A stretch of 16,834 bases of DNA. Source: Polyangiaceae bacterium. GTDB lineage: Bacteria > Myxococcota_A > Polyangia > Polyangiales > Polyangiaceae. The translations under genes and the position numbers were made by a program. The notes beneath the pieces were generated by a model. It saw nothing but the letters and a program-made list of their open reading frames with translations. It ran no database searches and had not been told where the DNA came from. The stretch spans positions 1 through 16,834 of the forward strand of contig JAPSGB010000064.1 of the NCBI GenBank assembly GCA_035063585.1, in the 5' to 3' direction. Positions 13,931 through 16,834 of the stretch are shown here, piece by piece. Within the stretch, counting starts at the first letter, position 1; every line of letters begins with the position of its first letter.

Positions 13931-14830
13931 GTGATCCCGCTACGCTACCGGCGGCACACGGCTTGCGCAGCCCCGGCTCCGCATGCCGGATCCCGATCGC
14001 GCCGCGGCGAAGAGCGCCCATCGCGGCACCGGTCGCTACGAGCGCCTCCGCTACGTCGAGCGCGAGCTCCGCGCCTACCTGCAATGCGGCCGGCTCGAGC
14101 GCGGCTTTGTACGCGCGCGCTGCGAGGCGTGCGGGCGCGGGCTCGCCGTCGCGTTCTCGTGCAAGAAGCGCGGCGTGTGCCCGAGCTGCAACGCGCGCCG
14201 CAGGTCCGGCACCGCCGCCCACCTGGTCGATCGCGTCTTCCGGGACGTCCCCGTTCGGAAGTGGGTGCGGAGCGTACCGTTCGAGATCCGCGGTTTGCTC
14301 GGCGCGGTCCCCGCGGCCGTCACGCGCCTCGACCAGCCACTTTCGACGAGGTCTCGGAGATCGCGCAGAACGTCGCGCACCGCTTCCTCGCGTGGTGCCG
14401 GCGTCGCGGATTCGTTCGCGACACCAGCGAGCCCGAGGAAGACGACTCGAACGAGCCGAAGCCCACCACCGCCCTCGAAGCCCGCCGCACGGTCGCGCTG
14501 CATCTCGGCCCTCTCGGCTCGACGACGGCGAGCCCGCGCGGCGCAAGCAGGCCGCGCGGTCAGCCCCCTCCAGACGGCCACGACACACCCGACAACGCCG
14601 ACCCGCGCTTCCGCGTCGCGCGCGGCCCGGCCTGCGGCGCCTACCGCCACTGGGACGTCCACGCCGGCGTCGCCGTCCCCGCCGGCGACCACGGGCCGCG
14701 GCACCCACTCCTGCGCTTCCACGGCGCCTTCGCGCCGAGCTCGCGCTGGCGCAAGCAGGTCGTGCCGCGCACCCCGCCGCGCCTCGCGCGACACGACGCC
14801 GCGCTGCGGCCCGCCATCGCCACGGGGCCG
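13931..14830 (+). pseudogene. IS91-family transposase remnant (frameshifted, internally deleted)
   Basis: YRRH start; zinc-binding domain YVERELRAYLQCGRLERGFVRARCEACG...VAFSCKKRGVCPSC...HLVDRVF..VPVRKWV in one frame; WDVHAGVAVPAGD and PRHPLLRFHGAFAPSSRWR in another. The HUH and catalytic Tyr segments are absent. End approximate. Confidence 0.88.
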
Positions 14831-14948
14831 TCCACGCCCCGGCACGCCGCCGCACCGTCGACCGTGGCGTCGACCGACGCCAGCCTCGAGCATCTTCGAC
14901 TCGGGGTTCATGGGCAACGGGAGGTAAGGCCCTTCAAGGTTGATTCGC

Positions 14949-15560
14949 TCACTGTCCCCGATACGCCGTCTCGACCCGAGCCGCGTCGTTCCCGTGGATC
15001 CAAGTCGTCTGGTGGTTGGGCTGGACCACTCGGGTCAGCGGGATCCCGTTCCGGTTGTCAGGCGGTAGCTCCGCGATCAGCCGCCCCTCGGTCGAGCTCA
15101 TCGCCCCCTTGTCGTCGATGTCGATGAACACGAACGGGACGCCTCGCTGGCGAAGCGAGCCCTTCAGATTGCGGCACGGGCTGCACCAGTCGGCTCCGTA
15201 GACGATGACCCGGCTCGTCTCACGGGGCTCGCTCTGGCTCGGTCTGGGCTCGGGCGGCACGGTTGGCTGATCCACGGCCGGCACCGTGGGCCAAGCTGGG
15301 ATGGTGGGCAGCGGAAGGTTGATCGTGACCGGGAACGGCATCGCGGAGAGGCCGCCCGCAGCGGCAGGCTTGCTGCGCCGCGGGCGCGTGGGCTTCGGAG
15401 TCGGCGCCACCGGTGGGAGCTCGACCCTCAGCTCGGTGAGTGCCCTCGGCGTCGGAGGCGCGTCGATCAGCGGGGCGGGAGCTTGGCTCCTGTCGCACGC
15501 GGAGAGCGACACGAGGGCCAGGGCGAGGGTGGCGGTGCAGCGACGCTTGGACGAGATCAT
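14949..15560 (-). CDS. Lipoprotein with Pro-rich linker and C-terminal glutaredoxin/NrdH-like domain (203 aa)
   Basis: MISSKRR + hydrophobic stretch + LSA-C lipobox; VIVYGADWCSPCRNLK..LRQRGVPFVFIDID...GIP. AAAGGA RBS. Confidence 0.85.
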   Translation of the reverse strand: MISSKRRCTATLALALVSLSACDRSQAPAPLIDAPPTPRALTELRVELPPVAPTPKPTRPRRSKPAAAGGLSAMPFPVTINLPLPTIPAWPTVPAVDQPTVPPEPRPSQSEPRETSRVIVYGADWCSPCRNLKGSLRQRGVPFVFIDIDDKGAMSSTEGRLIAELPPDNRNGIPLTRVVQPNHQTTWIHGNDAARVETAYRGQ

Positions 15561-15577
15561 GATCGGTCCTTTCCTAT

Positions 15578-16486
15578 CTACTTGCCTGCGTAGAGCCAGC
15601 GCTCGAGCGAGCTCGAGCCCGCGGCCATGCACGCCGGGAGCGATCCCGACGCGCAACGTGACGTGAGCGTGGCGCATGCCGCGGCCGCCCCGCGGCGGCA
15701 CTGGAGGTTGCACGCGGCGACGTCGCCCTGCGTGCAGGCCTCCGCGGTTGCCGCTTTGGGCCCCGGGGCCTGGGCGACAGGAGGCGGCGAAGCAGGAAGT
15801 GGTAAGACGGCGAGGTCGATGAGCGCGCTACAGTCGACGGGCGGCGCGTCGCTGCCCGTAGCGCGGACCTCGCAGGCCTCCAGTCTGCCGGCTCGGCGGT
15901 CCGAGCCCTGCCAGTTACGCGCGTCGGCGCGTGCGCCGTACGGCAGGCTCACGCCGGCGAACTTCGAATGGCCGTCCTCGATCCGAAACGCACCCGTCGA
16001 GTAGCGCGCGACGACGCGCGTGGCGCCGGCGCAGCTCCCTTGAAGCTCGGCGGTGCTCGGGAGGCGCTCGAGGTCGAACGCGCCTGCAATGGCGACGTCG
16101 TGAACGGCGCCCGTCGAGCTCGACATGCCCGGCCCGGTCGAGACGCCCAGCCCCATCTCGCTCCCGGAGCTCTGGCGCTCGCGGCGCAGCGGTTCGGCAT
16201 GAAAGGCGTACTTGGCTCCCGCATCACGGCCGTCGAGCACCCTCCGGCCGCAGCCCTCCGCGCGGACCACGACCGCGTTCCTGCGCATGCGCCCTTCGAG
16301 GTCGTGCCGCGCCTGATCGTCCCAGCCGAGCGTGCTGACGCGGAACGATCCGCTCGCCGGAACGCAAGCGGGCGCGGAGTGCGATTCGCCTGCGACGTGG
16401 GTGCCAAGGTGCAACGATCCCAAACAGCCGCCTAGCAAGACGCTGAGTGCTGCCAAACCGAGCTGCTGGATGCCGAGGCTTGCCAT
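15578..16486 (-). CDS. Cys-rich lipoprotein of a myxobacterial family, with Sel1-like Cys repeats at the C-terminus (302 aa)
   Basis: LSVLLGG-C lipobox; DLEGRMRRNAVVVRAEGC, ELQGSCAGATRVVARYSTGAF; tail ACTQGDVAACNLQCRRGAAAACATL...CASGSLPAC. It ends 17 nt before the glutaredoxin gene, so the two likely form an operon. Confidence 0.7.
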   Translation of the reverse strand: MASLGIQQLGLAALSVLLGGCLGSLHLGTHVAGESHSAPACVPASGSFRVSTLGWDDQARHDLEGRMRRNAVVVRAEGCGRRVLDGRDAGAKYAFHAEPLRRERQSSGSEMGLGVSTGPGMSSSTGAVHDVAIAGAFDLERLPSTAELQGSCAGATRVVARYSTGAFRIEDGHSKFAGVSLPYGARADARNWQGSDRRAGRLEACEVRATGSDAPPVDCSALIDLAVLPLPASPPPVAQAPGPKAATAEACTQGDVAACNLQCRRGAAAACATLTSRCASGSLPACMAAGSSSLERWLYAGK

Positions 16487-16689
16487 GTTCCGTCTTCGCT
16501 CCGGCCTTTCGCAAGGTGCATGCCACGACGAACCGGGCGAAAAATCCGGCTCCCGCGGGGCGCAGCGGGGGCGGCCGATCAGGGCGCTCAAGCCTGCCGC
16601 TGATCGCGATCAACAGCGGGAAACCGGCGTACACTGCCCGCGGATGACGGGCGCGCGCGGGACTGGAGCGGGGACCGAGGAGCATCGGT

Positions 16690-16834
16690 ATCCGCAGCTC
16701 CGATCGCCGCGACCGCCTGCTCTTCCTCGGCGCCATCGCCCACGCCCTCTTGACCCTGCTCGGCGCCGCCGGCGAGCGCTGTGGCCTCGACCGGATGCTC
16801 AAGGTCAACACCGTCAAACGACGCACGCTGTCGC
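16690..16834 (+). pseudogene. IS4-family transposase C-terminal fragment (runs off the window)
   Basis: Translation [48 protein letters not shown] matches the C-terminal RRDRLL...LLGAAGE..GLDR.LK.NT.K.RT.SL pattern of IS4-family DDE transposases. The upstream DDE region is not present. Confidence 0.75.

Noticed and set aside
16597..16619. Hairpin CCGCTG-ATCGCGATCAA-CAGCGG upstream of the lipoprotein operon
   Set aside because: It is a short GC-rich stem with no U-tract and no second copy, so no function can be supported.

Overview
High-GC window whose proteins look myxobacterial (Polyangiaceae/Sorangium-like; this is an inference from protein style). Positions 1 to ~13630 are the right-hand part of an integrative element inserted at the 3' end of a tRNA-Thr(CGT) gene (13631-13705, minus strand). 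Its tyrosine integrase and an excisionase-like HTH gene sit next to the tRNA, and the left boundary lies outside the window. The element carries: an HTH + NYN/LabA nuclease pair; an ECF sigma-like sequence split over two frames; a seven-gene, mostly stop/start-overlapped operon (vWA-like lipoprotein, 4-TM coiled-coil protein, Rossmann/ThiF-like protein, small membrane protein, VirD4/TraD-like ATPase, TM-zinc-ribbon protein, Replication-relaxation family nuclease) that looks like a non-canonical DNA-transfer module; an inverted acidic orphan gene; a repeat-rich intergenic control region; and a phage-like cluster in which a Gp88-like Fe-S protein and a DUF2292-like peptide lie between two diverged 102-aa paralogues. 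Beyond the tRNA are an internally deleted IS91-family transposase, two minus-strand lipoprotein genes (one with a glutaredoxin domain) and an IS4-family transposase fragment. All family assignments come from motif recognition by eye; no database searches were run.
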